DNA from: Vulcanimicrobiota bacterium
Lineage (GTDB): Bacteria > Vulcanimicrobiota > Vulcanimicrobiia > Vulcanimicrobiales > Vulcanimicrobiaceae
Direction: 5' to 3'
Assembly: GCA_963714015.1 (NCBI GenBank)
Contig: OY970223.1
Span: forward strand, 3,040,001-3,104,000
DNA: 64,000 nt
The position numbers and the translations under genes are program-made. Under the pieces are notes generated by a model. It saw only the letters and a program-made list of their open reading frames with translations, did not search any database and had not been told where the DNA came from. This document shows, one piece after another, positions 37,424 to 48,284 of this stretch (the stretch's first letter is position 1; each line of letters opens with the position of its first letter).

Positions 37424-39579
37424 TTACAGCTTTCGAGGGGCGCGTATTTCAGCATCACCATCTTCTGCCCGACGTTCGGGAAGTCGATCGTCACCAAACC
37501 ATCGCCCCCCGCGCCGACGACGTCGCCGATGGTGCCTTCGCCCCACTTGGGATGCCGCACGCGGTCGCCTTTCTTCAGGTTCATGTTCATACCGGCGCCG
37601 GCAGTCTCATGAATGGAGACTTCACGCCAACGCCCGCCCGCCGGACGGGGAAGCACCACGCCGCCGAGCAGTTCGACATCCGGCATCTCTTCCAAGAAAC
37701 GCGACTTGGGATGCGCGAAGGTGTTGCCGAAGAGCGTGCGCCGCTCGGCATACGAGAGAAACAGGCGATCCATGGCGCGGGTGACGCCGACGTACGCAAG
37801 ACGGCGTTCTTCTTCGAGTTCGGTCATGTCGACGAGCGCCCGCGAGTGCGGGAATACACCCTCTTCGAGCCCGGTAAGAAAGACGTTCGAAAACTCCAGA
37901 CCCTTGGCGCCGTGCATCGTCATCAGCGTCACGTACGACGCTTCCGGATCGAGCGCGTCGAGATCGCTGATAAGCGCAATGTTCGCGAGGAAGGTCGAGA
38001 GTGACGACTCGGCGTCGTTTTGCTCGAATTCGCGCGCTACGCCGACGAGCTCTTGCAAATTTTCCAGGCGCGTGCGCGCATCTGCCGTGTCTTCATTGCG
38101 AAGTTCGCGCAAATAGCCGGATTCTTCCATCACCGCAACGAGCAGGTCCGCAATCGAGTAGTCCGACCGGCGCTCGCGCAAATTCTCGATGAGTTCCGCA
38201 AAGCGCTCGAGTTCCTTGGTCTTCTTCGGAACGGCTTTCTTCAGCAGATCTTTGTCGAAGATCGCTTGTCCGACGGAGACGCGCGCCTCGTTCGCGGCGG
38301 TTACCAGGCTCGCCAAGGTCTGCTGACCGATGCTGCGACGCGGCACGTTGACGATGCGCTTGAACGCCAGCGCGTCGGCCGGATTCTCGATGTAGCGAAG
38401 ATAGGCGATGATGTCTTTGATTTCGGCGCGCGCGTAGAAGCCGACGCCGCCGACGACGCGGTACGGAATGCCTTCGCCGATGAGCGCTTCTTCGAATACG
38501 CGCGACTGCGCGTTGGTGCGATAGAGGACCAGGAAATCGCGATAGGCGGAACCCTCACGAATCAATTCCTTGATCTTCTCGACGACGTAGCGCGCCTCGG
38601 CGCGTTCGGTTTCCGCCGAAAACGCCGTGATCTTCTCGCCTTCGTTGCGCCGCGTGAAGAGCTTCTTGGGCTGACGCGTCTTGTTGTTGGAGACCAGAGC
38701 GTTGGCGGCGTCCAGAATGCGCTGAGTGCTGCGGTAGTTTTCCTCGAGCGTGAAGACCTTGGCGCCCGCGAAATCGTGCTCGAACCGCAGGATCATCTTG
38801 TAATCGCTGCCGCGCCACGAGTAGATCGACTGGTCGTCGTCGCCGACGACAGTGACGTTTTTGTGTTTTTCGGCGAGGATCGCAATGAGCCGGTACTGCG
38901 CGAAGTTGACGTCCTGATACTCGTCGACGAGAACGTATTGGAACTTCTTCTGCCATTTCGTGCGCGTCGCTTCGTCTTTTTCGAACAGGTCAATCGTGCG
39001 CACGATCAAATCGTCGAAGTCTAAGCTGTTCGATTCGCTCAGGCGCCGCTGATACTCGGTGTAGACATTTGCATAGCGCTCACCCAAGAACGACGTGTTG
39101 CGCTGGTGATACTGCTCGGGCCATACCAAAGAATTCTTCGCTTTGCTGATCTCGGCAAGGCACGCACCCGGACTCAACTGGCGCTCGTCGTAATCGAGAT
39201 CGGCCAGGATGTCCTTGATGAGCGCTCGCTGATCGGCGTCGTCGATAATGGCAAAATTCGAAGCGATTCCGGCTTTGCCGCCATCGCGGCGCAGAATGCG
39301 CACGCACATCGAGTGGAACGTACCGACCCATAGATCGCGCGCAGCCGTGCCGACCATCCGCTCGAGACGCGTTTTCATTTCGCCGGCGGCTTTATTGGTG
39401 AACGTCACCGCGAGAATGCGATCCGGCGCAATGTTCAATTCGTCGAGCAAATACGCGATGCGGTTCGTGAGAACGCGCGTCTTGCCGCTGCCCGCACCCG
39501 CAAAAATAAGACACGGGCCGTTGGCGTGACGAACGGCAGCGGATTGTACGTCGTTAAGGGCTTCGGTCTCCAAGATCAT
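37424..39579 (-). CDS. pcrA: ATP-dependent DNA helicase PcrA/UvrD
   Basis: AGAGSGKT, TFTNKAA, DEYQD, VGDDDQSIY, NYRS, KGLEF, EERRLAYVG.TRA, C-terminal RVRHPKWG.G. The natural end is probably YAPLEKL* at 37424 with one missing base. Confidence 0.96.
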
Positions 39580-39698
39580 CCCGAGTGCCTTCGACACGGG
39601 AGCCATTTTCGCCTCGATGGGCCTTCGATACCTCAAGACTGCGCGCTATCGCGCTTCAGATACGGAAGACCCGATCAGCGATATTTGTCGTATTTCGG

Positions 39699-40790
39699 CT
39701 AGCGTGCCACCGACAGCGTCGCTGCCGGACGCGCAGCGAGCGCGTATGCACCGGCTAAATGTGCGAGTGTGGATTCCGCTCCCATATTCATGTTGACCGA
39801 GTCTTCATTAAGGCCGTCGAGACAGCCGCCGTTTCGCGCCATCACGACCCCGCGCGAATTGCGGCCGTAGTACCAGTCGAGTGCAATCTGCGCGGTGGTG
39901 CGGTACGCGGGATCGCCCGTCGCATCGTATGCCACGAGCGCGGCATCAACCATCGCGACCGCTTCCAGAGGTTGTTGACAATAGCGCGGTTTGGTGCCGC
40001 CGCGCCTAAACCACCCTTCATTCCCTACCGGAACGTACACGCCGCCTTCCATCGAAACGCGTTCGTAGAATTGGAACGTGCGCAGACCGATGGCCAGCAC
40101 TTCGTCGTCGCGCAGGGAGAGGCCGGACCGCATCATCGCTTCGGGCAAACGGGCGTTATCGTACGTCAGTTCGTTCTCGAACCAGTGCCAATTAGCGTCG
40201 CGCGTCTCCAGAAACCGAGTCTTCGATTGGTCCGCCAGACCACGCAAATGCTCGCGATACCGGTCGGCATCCGCTCCAGCCACGCTCGCTTCGGCCGCGT
40301 GCGAAAGGCCGATCATGGCATACGCTTGAGAGCGCGTGTACTGAAGCCAATCGAGCGACTGCAGGCCCTTGTCGAAGATCTTCTTACACGTGCGGCGCCA
40401 CGAGCCGCGCGGCGCATAGCGCATCCCGTATCCCATCGACCAAAGCGCCCGGCCGACGGAGTCATGCGTTCCGACCGTGTCCAGCCAGGTGCGATCGTAA
40501 CCCATGAAATTATGGAACCGCCCGTCCGGCATCTGCGCGTTCTGCATGAAAGACAAGTACGTCGAAGCCAGACGTTCGGCGGCTAAGTCATGCGGATCGA
40601 TCTCGAGTTTGGCGATCGCGACCATCAATGCGCGCGAGACGTCGTCGGTACAGTATCCCGTCGAACGATTCGGAACGTCCTCGACCGCGTGCTGAATAAC
40701 GCCCACGTCGTCGCTGAGCGCCATCAGATGCTCCAGCGTCGGCAGCGATCGGACGTTGTTCGGTGCCTCGGGGCCGAATCTATGCAGAAT
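39699..40790 (-). CDS. Glycosyltransferase-associated six-hairpin-like protein; start unclear
   Basis: DDVGVIQHA...GYCTDD.SRAL, GRFHNF, WFE..LTYDNARL, QQPLEA, N.N.GAESTL. No clean start codon; may be a frameshifted fusion with the upstream GT4. Confidence 0.75.
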   Translation of the reverse strand: MLHRFGPEAPNNVRSLPTLEHLMALSDDVGVIQHAVEDVPNRSTGYCTDDVSRALMVAIAKLEIDPHDLAAERLASTYLSFMQNAQMPDGRFHNFMGYDRTWLDTVGTHDSVGRALWSMGYGMRYAPRGSWRRTCKKIFDKGLQSLDWLQYTRSQAYAMIGLSHAAEASVAGADADRYREHLRGLADQSKTRFLETRDANWHWFENELTYDNARLPEAMMRSGLSLRDDEVLAIGLRTFQFYERVSMEGGVYVPVGNEGWFRRGGTKPRYCQQPLEAVAMVDAALVAYDATGDPAYRTTAQIALDWYYGRNSRGVVMARNGGCLDGLNEDSVNMNMGAESTLAHLAGAYALAARPAATLSVAR

Positions 40791-41985
40791 GAATGAGCTC
40801 CATTTCTTGCGGCGCAAACTCCGCAAACAATTTTCCGTATTCCGCGGCCACGTGCGGCCAGGTCATCTGCCGGCCGAAACGATATGCGCGGCGTTCCGTC
40901 GCGCGACGCAGCGATGGATCGTCCAGCAGAGCGGTAACGATGTGCGCAATCGACTTCGCATCGCGGAACTCGCACAAGAACCCGCGATGATGCGAGAGCA
41001 CTTCTTCCGCATACAGATACGGCGTCGAAACGATCGCTTTGCCGCAGCCAACGGCATACGCAAGCGTGCCGCTGACGATCTGCGTCGGGTTGAGGTAGGG
41101 GGTCAGATAGATATCGGTCGCTTCGAGATAGCTGACCAGTTCGTCGAAGTCGAGATACTTGTCGACGAGCTGCACGTTGTTCTGCAAACCATAATCGTGC
41201 ACGCGCTGAATCAGCGACTCGCGATACGACTCACCTTCCTGCCGGCGCACGACCGGATGCGTCTCTCCCAAGATCAGGTAGAGCGTCTCCGGGTGACTCG
41301 CCACGACGCGACGCATCGCTTCGATTGCGTACTCCAAGCCTTTGCCGCGATTGATGAGCCCAAACGTCGAGATCACCATGCGCTGTCCGATGCCGAACGA
41401 CGCTTTCGCCGCGTCAGTACTCCGGAATGGAACATCCGGAACGCCGTGATGAATGACTCGGATGCGCTGGGGATCGATGCCGTAAACGCCGGTCAGCAAA
41501 TTGCTGCCGGTTTGCGACAGAACGACGACGCAGTCCGAATGCGCGCAAAGCTCGCGCGTGACGCGCAGCATCACTTCGTCCGGTTCCGGTAAAACCGTGT
41601 GCAGCGTAAGAGCAACCGGTTTCTCGATGGCTTTGAGCGCATCGACCAGCCACTCGCCGCGCTCTCCACCGAACAAGCCGTACTCGTGTTGGATGTTGAG
41701 CACTTCCGCGGGATGAGCATTAACGATAGCGGCGATGTCGTGATATGCCTCGCGGCGATCTTGTTGTAAGCGTGCCACGACTTCAGGCCCGTACTGGCGG
41801 ACTTCACCGCCCGGTTCATCGATGGCGATAATTTCGGAACTAGTATGGAACGCGCGGTCGAACGACTCCACGACGTCCTTGGTAAAGGTCGCTATTCCGC
41901 ACTCCCGGGGAGGAAAAGAACCCAGGAAAAGGGTGCGCGGAACAGAGACCACGGCCAGCGCGTCTGAGGGTCTGCCAAGCACCAA
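40780..41985 (-). CDS. Glycosyltransferase family 4
   Basis: PPRECGIATF, IQHEYGLFGG, KGLEY, TPY....QIVSGTL.YA. Confidence 0.9.
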   Translation of the reverse strand: MVLGRPSDALAVVSVPRTLFLGSFPPRECGIATFTKDVVESFDRAFHTSSEIIAIDEPGGEVRQYGPEVVARLQQDRREAYHDIAAIVNAHPAEVLNIQHEYGLFGGERGEWLVDALKAIEKPVALTLHTVLPEPDEVMLRVTRELCAHSDCVVVLSQTGSNLLTGVYGIDPQRIRVIHHGVPDVPFRSTDAAKASFGIGQRMVISTFGLINRGKGLEYAIEAMRRVVASHPETLYLILGETHPVVRRQEGESYRESLIQRVHDYGLQNNVQLVDKYLDFDELVSYLEATDIYLTPYLNPTQIVSGTLAYAVGCGKAIVSTPYLYAEEVLSHHRGFLCEFRDAKSIAHIVTALLDDPSLRRATERRAYRFGRQMTWPHVAAEYGKLFAEFAPQEMELIHSA

Positions 41986-42145
41986 CGATCTCCAAACGCC
42001 AGCTTGGGGAAGAGTTGAACAGTGCAGGAGGGTAAGCTGGCGACGACCTCCTACGGCTTCGAAGGTGTTATACCCGAGCCATTCCTACTATAAAACTCCT
42101 CACGAGCAGCAAAGGTTTCACCCGCCCGCTTGCTATGGAGGCCGG

Positions 42146-43228
42146 CTAGCGCACGCCGATCGGTGCGCTTGGGCCGATACGAGAACCTTCCTTCGCCACC
42201 GTGCCCGGTTCGATTACCACGTCGTGACCGATGACGCTCCCGCGCCCGATCTTCGCGCCGGCTCCGACGCGCGAACCGCTCGCGATAATGGTTTCGTCGA
42301 TTTCCGCCCCTTCTTCGACCGTGACGTCTTCCCAGAAGACGCTTTCGGTGATGCGCGCGTTCGCTCCGATACGGCAGCCGGTTCCCAGAACCACGTTCGG
42401 ACCCACACGCGCCGAGGGATCTATCTGCACTCCTGCTTCGATATGAACCGGCGCGATGACGTTCTCACCGTGCACTTTCGACGCCCCCGGACCGTTCACA
42501 CCGGGCTGGAGTTTGAGCGGCATCGCGCCCGAAAGAATGTCACGGTGAGCGTTGAGGTAGTGCTCCGGCCGGCCGAGATCGATCCAGTAATCGCTCGTCG
42601 TAAATGCGTAGAGCGAGTTGCCTTCCGCAAGCAGCTTCGGAAACGTTTCGCGTTCGATGGAGACGTTGCGCCCGGGCGGAATGAGTTTCAAAACGCCGGG
42701 GTCCAGCAGGTATGTGCCGGCATTGATTTCGTCCGTCGGCTCGGTGCCTTTGGGCGGCTTCTCTACGAATTGCGAGATGCGGCCGGTCTCGTCGTGCACG
42801 ACGCAGCCGAATGCGGATGGATCTTCTACTTTAATGAGGTGCAGCGCACCCAGACCGCCCTTCTGCTCGTGGTAGTCGATCATCGCTTGCAGATCGAGAC
42901 TGGTCAGGACGTCGCCGTTCAGCACGAAAAACGGTCCGTGAATGTGCTGCTCGACGTTCTTGATCGCGCCGGCCGTACCGAGCGGCTCGTCCTCGATGAC
43001 GTACGTGATGTTCATTCCGAGGCGTGAGCCGTCGCCGAAGTACTCCGTGATGGCCTGCGGCATATACCCGGCCGGCAGAATCACGTCCCTGATGCCGACG
43101 TCGTACAGGCGCTCGAGCGTCCGCGCCAGGAACGGCACGTTCATGATCGGGACCATCGGCTTGGGCGTTCCGAACGTCAGAGGACGCAGCCGCGTTCCCT
43201 CGCCGCCGACCAGCACGATTGCCTGCAC
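42146..43228 (-). CDS. NDP-sugar pyrophosphorylase (mannose-1-P guanylyltransferase-like)
   Basis: LVGGEGTRLRPLT...PKPM, PLGTAGAI, NGD, FVEKP, hexapeptide repeats. Confidence 0.92.
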   Translation of the reverse strand: MQAIVLVGGEGTRLRPLTFGTPKPMVPIMNVPFLARTLERLYDVGIRDVILPAGYMPQAITEYFGDGSRLGMNITYVIEDEPLGTAGAIKNVEQHIHGPFFVLNGDVLTSLDLQAMIDYHEQKGGLGALHLIKVEDPSAFGCVVHDETGRISQFVEKPPKGTEPTDEINAGTYLLDPGVLKLIPPGRNVSIERETFPKLLAEGNSLYAFTTSDYWIDLGRPEHYLNAHRDILSGAMPLKLQPGVNGPGASKVHGENVIAPVHIEAGVQIDPSARVGPNVVLGTGCRIGANARITESVFWEDVTVEEGAEIDETIIASGSRVGAGAKIGRGSVIGHDVVIEPGTVAKEGSRIGPSAPIGVR

Positions 43229-43412
43229 CTTAAACCTCCACAGTAATCACAGTAAGCAGGAAGGCACAAAGCTGCGCCTTTTAGGGGGCCTATTCCCTGC
43301 TGATCTTCGGCAGTAACGAAATTTTCCAGGCCGCAATACTTCGACGACAGCCGAACACTTGTTCGCGTATAGAGGAGGGATCCGTTCGCCGGACGAGAGC
43401 CCGTCCGGAAAA

Positions 43413-44780
43413 CTACTGTATCCCGATCCCGGCCACCAGGCCGCTTCCCTTGTCAAAAACGGCGATGAACGTCGCCGTGCCGTTGGCAAACTCAACGCGG
43501 TAGGTGTATGCGGTTCCGCGCTCGTCGATGCGCTTGCCTTTGAAGATAATGCTTTTCGGTGCTCCAAGCGGGGCGAGCTGCGCAGCAATCTGCTTTTGCG
43601 TTTGCGGAGTCGCCATCTTAGCGAAGCGTGGATCCAGTTCGCTCGCCTGCAACGTTCCGTGGAGCACTTCATCCAGAAGGTGAAGGATCCGCGGACGCAT
43701 GCTCACATCCTCGCCCGGAGCCGCCGTGCGCGCGGCCAGTGCAGCATCGGGGAACATCGATTCGACGACGGCCGTTTCTACCGCACCCGGATCGCCGGAC
43801 GTACTGTTCTCGAAAACGATGATGTTCACGCGGTCGTTCGGATAATACGAATTCATCGTGAACGAACCAAGCGAACCGCCGTTATGCCAAATGCGCGCAT
43901 GCCCGTCCAGGGGATCGACGCCCAAGCCCATGCCGTACGTGTCGGGAGCGCTGCCTGGAAGCTTCGGCGGTGTGATCATCATTTCGTAGTCGTGCGGGGT
44001 CACGATCTTACCGGAATGAAGTGCCGTGTCCCACGCCGCCATGTCGGCTAGGGTTGAAACGATCGCGCCCGCGCCGCCTGCCCAGCCCTCCTGGATTTCC
44101 GGCGCAGGTTGCAACGGGAGATTGTCGTGCATTCCGTTCCAGTATCCGACTGCGAAATCACTCATGGTAGGCTCATCGGACATGAATCCGGAGTGCGTCA
44201 TTCCGGCGGGTCCGAAGAGATGCTCGCGTACGTACGATTCGTACGACTCACCGGAGACTTTCTCGACCACCTTGCCGAGCACGTAGTAGTTGGTGTTGCT
44301 ATACTCCCACTTCGTGCCCGGCGTAAAGTGGAGCGGAACGTCGACGAGCTTCGCGACCGCTTCCAGACTGCCGCCGGTGGCCAGCTGCGCGGGAGACACG
44401 CGTTGAAGATAATCCGCCAGTCCGCTGACCTGGTTGAGTAACTGCCGTAAGGTGATTTCATTCGCGTGCGGGAACGCCGGCTCGTATTGCGCAAGCTTGT
44501 GGTCGATCGAGAGTTTACCTTGCTCCTGCAACTGCAAAATCGCCGCGGCCGTGAATTGTTTGGTTACCGAACCGATGTTGAAACCGGTGTCTGCGTCGAC
44601 CGGTTCATTTTTCGCGACGTTTCTGCGTCCATAGACTTTAGTATAGACCAGTGCGCCGTCTTTCACGATAGCCACCGCCGCTCCAACGGGCTTTTGCGAC
44701 GTTATGATCTTGTCGACGGCGGCGTTTACCGGGCTCAGCTGTACACTTACGGCTGCCGCTAAAAGAACAAATGAAAACAT
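43413..44780 (-). CDS. Serine hydrolase, class C beta-lactamase/PBP-like
   Basis: GSVTKQF (SxxK), YSN, HNG; signal peptide. Confidence 0.9.
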   Translation of the reverse strand: MFSFVLLAAAVSVQLSPVNAAVDKIITSQKPVGAAVAIVKDGALVYTKVYGRRNVAKNEPVDADTGFNIGSVTKQFTAAAILQLQEQGKLSIDHKLAQYEPAFPHANEITLRQLLNQVSGLADYLQRVSPAQLATGGSLEAVAKLVDVPLHFTPGTKWEYSNTNYYVLGKVVEKVSGESYESYVREHLFGPAGMTHSGFMSDEPTMSDFAVGYWNGMHDNLPLQPAPEIQEGWAGGAGAIVSTLADMAAWDTALHSGKIVTPHDYEMMITPPKLPGSAPDTYGMGLGVDPLDGHARIWHNGGSLGSFTMNSYYPNDRVNIIVFENSTSGDPGAVETAVVESMFPDAALAARTAAPGEDVSMRPRILHLLDEVLHGTLQASELDPRFAKMATPQTQKQIAAQLAPLGAPKSIIFKGKRIDERGTAYTYRVEFANGTATFIAVFDKGSGLVAGIGIQ

Positions 44781-44781
44781 A

Positions 44782-45495
44782 CTAGCGCATCGAGCGCTCG
44801 ATGAGCGCCGTCTGTTGGCTTGTCAGTATTCCCGGCGGGGACGCGAGCACGATCGTCGTTCCCTCGACGCTCCAGGCGGTGGGGTGAATCGTCCGGATGA
44901 TGCCGCCACGGGTGCGGAAGTACGCTTGCATCCCGCGGCTCGGGATCGGCGGAAGTCCGGGCATTGCACCGGGCGCGCCTGCGGGCCTCGAAATGAACAT
45001 CTTATCATCGCCCGGCGAGCCGGGTTCGACGCCGCGGCTCTCGCTAATCGTTAGCGGCCCTTGCGGCGTGTCGTACCGGAAGATGAGACTACGCCCGACG
45101 GTTGCGCCGTTCGGCGGCACGACTTCCGTGATCTCGCCCTGCAGTCCCGATGGGAGGCCGGCGGGTGCGATGACCGTGAACGGCATGTCGCGACGCGCTT
45201 GATCTAACGTTACGGCAGTGGTATTCGCGCTCACCATTTTCCCGTTCACGCTGACAAACACGCGGAACATATGAGCGACTTGCGCCAGCACGTTGCGATC
45301 GCCGAGCACCAGAAACGTCAGAGCCGCTGCGGCCGCGATTGCTACGGCCGGTCTGCGCCACCGCACCTGGACGTCGCGCGGCTGAAGGCGTGCGAGGACC
45401 GCGCGCTCATCATACGCCGGAACAGCAATATCCTCGGCGTACGCGCGCACCACGTTGCCCACGTTATTGGTTGTTGACGATTGATTCATTGACAT
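44782..45495 (-). CDS. Putative single-pass anti-sigma factor
   Basis: One TM segment after a short cytoplasmic N-terminus; directly downstream of an ECF sigma factor. Confidence 0.6.
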   Translation of the reverse strand: MSMNQSSTTNNVGNVVRAYAEDIAVPAYDERAVLARLQPRDVQVRWRRPAVAIAAAAALTFLVLGDRNVLAQVAHMFRVFVSVNGKMVSANTTAVTLDQARRDMPFTVIAPAGLPSGLQGEITEVVPPNGATVGRSLIFRYDTPQGPLTISESRGVEPGSPGDDKMFISRPAGAPGAMPGLPPIPSRGMQAYFRTRGGIIRTIHPTAWSVEGTTIVLASPPGILTSQQTALIERSMR

Positions 45496-46039
45496 ATAAA
45501 ACTCCTGACGATGAGGGAGCCACGGGAAGGGACGCGTCCTCTGCCAGCAGGCCGCGCAATCGGCGATGCGCGATCATCAGCCGCCACCGGATGGTTACCG
45601 GGGAAATCGCGAGGACGTACGCGATCTCCGCGCTCGTCAAATTGTAGTAGTAGCGCAAGAGCACGACGATCCGCAGCGAGGCATCGAGCGATGCAATCGC
45701 GCGCCGGACGTCGATTCGATCGTCCTCGTCGTGTTCGTGCGGCAAGGTGTGCGGGTCGGCGTGCGCGCCGTAATTATCATCGCGCCGTTTCAGGCGCCGG
45801 CACTCATTGCTGACGATACGGTAAAGCCACACTTTGAAGTGCTCGGGGGACCGCAGCTGCTCGATTCGCGACCACGCGCGGGCACAGGCTTCCTGTGCGG
45901 CATCTTGCGCCGCGTGAGGGTCCTGCAGCATCGAATAGGCGATGCGGTAGACGTCGGCCCAGGTCGCTTCGGCGAGCTCGGCGCGCGCCGCAGCGTCACC
46001 GGATACGGCGCGTGCTACGACTTCCCGGAGGTTCTCCAT
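45464..46039 (-). CDS. ECF RNA polymerase sigma factor
   Basis: AQDAAQE, F.VWLYRI..N, LRYYYNLT..EIA..L.IS..T. Confidence 0.9.
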   Translation of the reverse strand: MENLREVVARAVSGDAAARAELAEATWADVYRIAYSMLQDPHAAQDAAQEACARAWSRIEQLRSPEHFKVWLYRIVSNECRRLKRRDDNYGAHADPHTLPHEHDEDDRIDVRRAIASLDASLRIVVLLRYYYNLTSAEIAYVLAISPVTIRWRLMIAHRRLRGLLAEDASLPVAPSSSGVLYVNESIVNNQ

Positions 46040-46087
46040 ATGCAATAGACCCGCTCGAACGCCAAAGTGTTGGTCTAAAGTTCTAAA

Positions 46088-47855
46088 TTACGATGTCAAC
46101 GAGGGCCGCTGCAAGCCGCTTAGCGAGCGTTCGAGCATTGTGGCGCGTTCGCGCCATTGACGAGCCTCGACGGCGCCGTACGCCGTTTCAGCGGCCGAGC
46201 AGAGTTTTGCAAGTAGCGCGATCTCTTCGGGATCGGGCAGGGTGCCCTCGCAGTGATTGCCGTAAAGCGCGAAGCCTTGAAGCTCGTGCTGCGCGACGAT
46301 GGGAATCGCGATCATCGGCCGGTCGTTCCCGTGCGGCCCTCCGTCCAGATGAATGGCGACGTCATCCAGAACGATCGGCCGCTCGAGCGAGAGCAGCGTA
46401 CGCACGAGCAGCGAATCGTCGTCGAATACGCGCAGCGATGCATTCTCCCATCCGGTGGAAGCCTTGCATGAGAACGGTTCGCTTGAACCCAGCCGAGTAA
46501 AGACTGCCGCTGAGGCGAGCGCAAGGATATGGGCGGCCTCAACACCGAGTACATCGTCAACCGCCGACGTCGACGACGCAAATGCGAGTGCCCCAATGCG
46601 ATACTCGATGCGCTTCTCCGCGATATGCCTTGCCCGGAAAACAACGCGATCGATGAGCCGTTCGGTCTTGCCGTGCAGCGAGTTCAGGATGAAGCCAAGC
46701 CCGATAGTGACGACAGACTTCGATTGCCAGCGCAAGGCGCTGTTCGCTCAGCATACGGCTCGTGAGCCAATCAACCAGACTAACGACCACCACAATGAGG
46801 GCCGTCATCGCGCCGTAAACCAAGGTGCGGTTGAGCGCGAAGTTGATGTCCAGGACGCGATGGCGCAACACGGCATACGCGAGCGCGATGGGCAACGCAC
46901 ATGACAAGAGTTGAGAGACGTCGCTAAGCATCGTCGTCAGCGTTGTGTTTCCCCCCAACAACACCAGCATGTTGAATCCCGCATACGCCAGAGCGCTGAC
47001 AACCACGCCTGCGATGACCCAAGAGACACGCCGGCGCGCCTCACCGGCGATGTCGTGATACACCAGCGCGGCAAAGAGCAACGCCAGAATCAACAGCACG
47101 AAGGGTCCCAAGATACCGAACGTGGTCCAAGAGCTGAAAATGAGGGGCTCGTACAGGATTTGCGCGAGACACGCAATCGCGGAGAGCCCGAAGATCGCGT
47201 CGGCGCTGCGAACGCGCAATCGCCCCTTGGCGGTAGCCGGAACCTCCGGAAAACGCGCGATAAAAGGCAGCAGTGCTGCAGCCGGGAGCGTCGAGAACGC
47301 CGCTAAGATGAAAACGGCTATCGCTGTATACCATGCGCCGGGCAACCACGAGAACAGTGCCGCAACATCGCCGGAGATAACGACGCCCGTACCATAAAAT
47401 ACCAACGCCGCCGTTGCAACGGACGGCTTGCGCAGCGCGATGACCGCGACGATGAGCAGCGTTATTATGGCGTTGAGAAGAAAGGGCCAGCTATACTTGA
47501 CGGACGGGATTGCTTCGCCTATGGAGGCGCGAATGCTCACAATGCGCCGCGCACCGTTGTGGATGACGGGAACGGTCAGTGTCGTGCCGGGCGGGCTATG
47601 GCGCAGCTCCAAGCGGAGGCGATCGTCGAGCGGCATCGCCGCGACGTCCACCAAGTCGCCGTTCCGAATGCCTTGCTTGTAGGCTTCGCCGCCGGCCGCG
47701 AGGCCCGTGACCTGTGCTGCGGCTCCCGGTGCGCTCGACTTGGCGACGACAAAGCCAAAACTGGTCCGCTCGATAGGCGCGTAAACCTCGGCGAACGCCA
47801 AAACCAACATAGCGATCGCGAGCGCTGCAAGGAGCCAGCCCCACACGGTTTTCAT
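46088..47855 (-). CDS. Multi-TM protein with PDZ-like region and C-terminal GAF-like domain; frameshift near 46725
   Basis: AYKQGIRNGDLVD, LAYAVLRHRVLDI, AIPIVAQHELQGFALYG...DPEE; ORFs 46557..47855 and 46088..46735. Confidence 0.75.
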
Positions 47856-48024
47856 CGTCGGGCATCTTCAACGGCGGGCCGGGAGCCTGCCTGTCTAGGG
47901 CGCTCGGTCGGCACCGCGAAGTGCCACGCCTGGACCCGGTTTACGCCGCCGCAACGTAAAGCGTCGATCAGCACCCTTGCAAGGCGGTGACGGCGCGGTG
48001 TAGTATAACCGTCGCTGCCCGCGA

Positions 48025-48095
48025 TCCCGGGTGATGAAATGGTATCATGACAGGCTCTGAACCTGTTCTTCCTCGTTCGAGTCGAGGCCCGGGAG
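48025..48095 (+). tRNA. tRNA-Gln(CTG)
   Basis: Acceptor TCCCGGG/CCCGGGA, anticodon arm ACAGG-ctCTGaa-CCTGT, T-arm CCTCG-TTCGAGT-CGAGG; no encoded CCA. Confidence 0.93.
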
Positions 48096-48101
48096 CGTAG
48101 C

Positions 48102-48174
48102 GGCCCTATCGTCTAGAGGCCTAGGACGCCGCCCTCTCACGGCGGTAACGCGGGTTCGAATCCCGCTGGGGCTA
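48102..48174 (+). tRNA. tRNA-Glu(CTC)
   Basis: Anticodon arm CCGCC-ctCTCac-GGCGG, T-arm GCGGG-TTCGAAT-CCCGC. Confidence 0.95.
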
Positions 48175-48189
48175 AATTTTCGGGAGAGA

Positions 48190-48215
48190 AAAACGCCAGC
48201 ATTTGTTGGCGTTTT
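48190..48215. terminator. Terminator hairpin after the tRNA pair
   Basis: AAAACGCCAGC-ATTT-GTTGGCGTTTT. Confidence 0.75.
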
Positions 48216-48284
48216 GTAATTTCCCGAGTTCCCAGATCACTCTGCGGTTGCCATTTGGTTGCCGCGAGCGGCATAACCGCTCCT

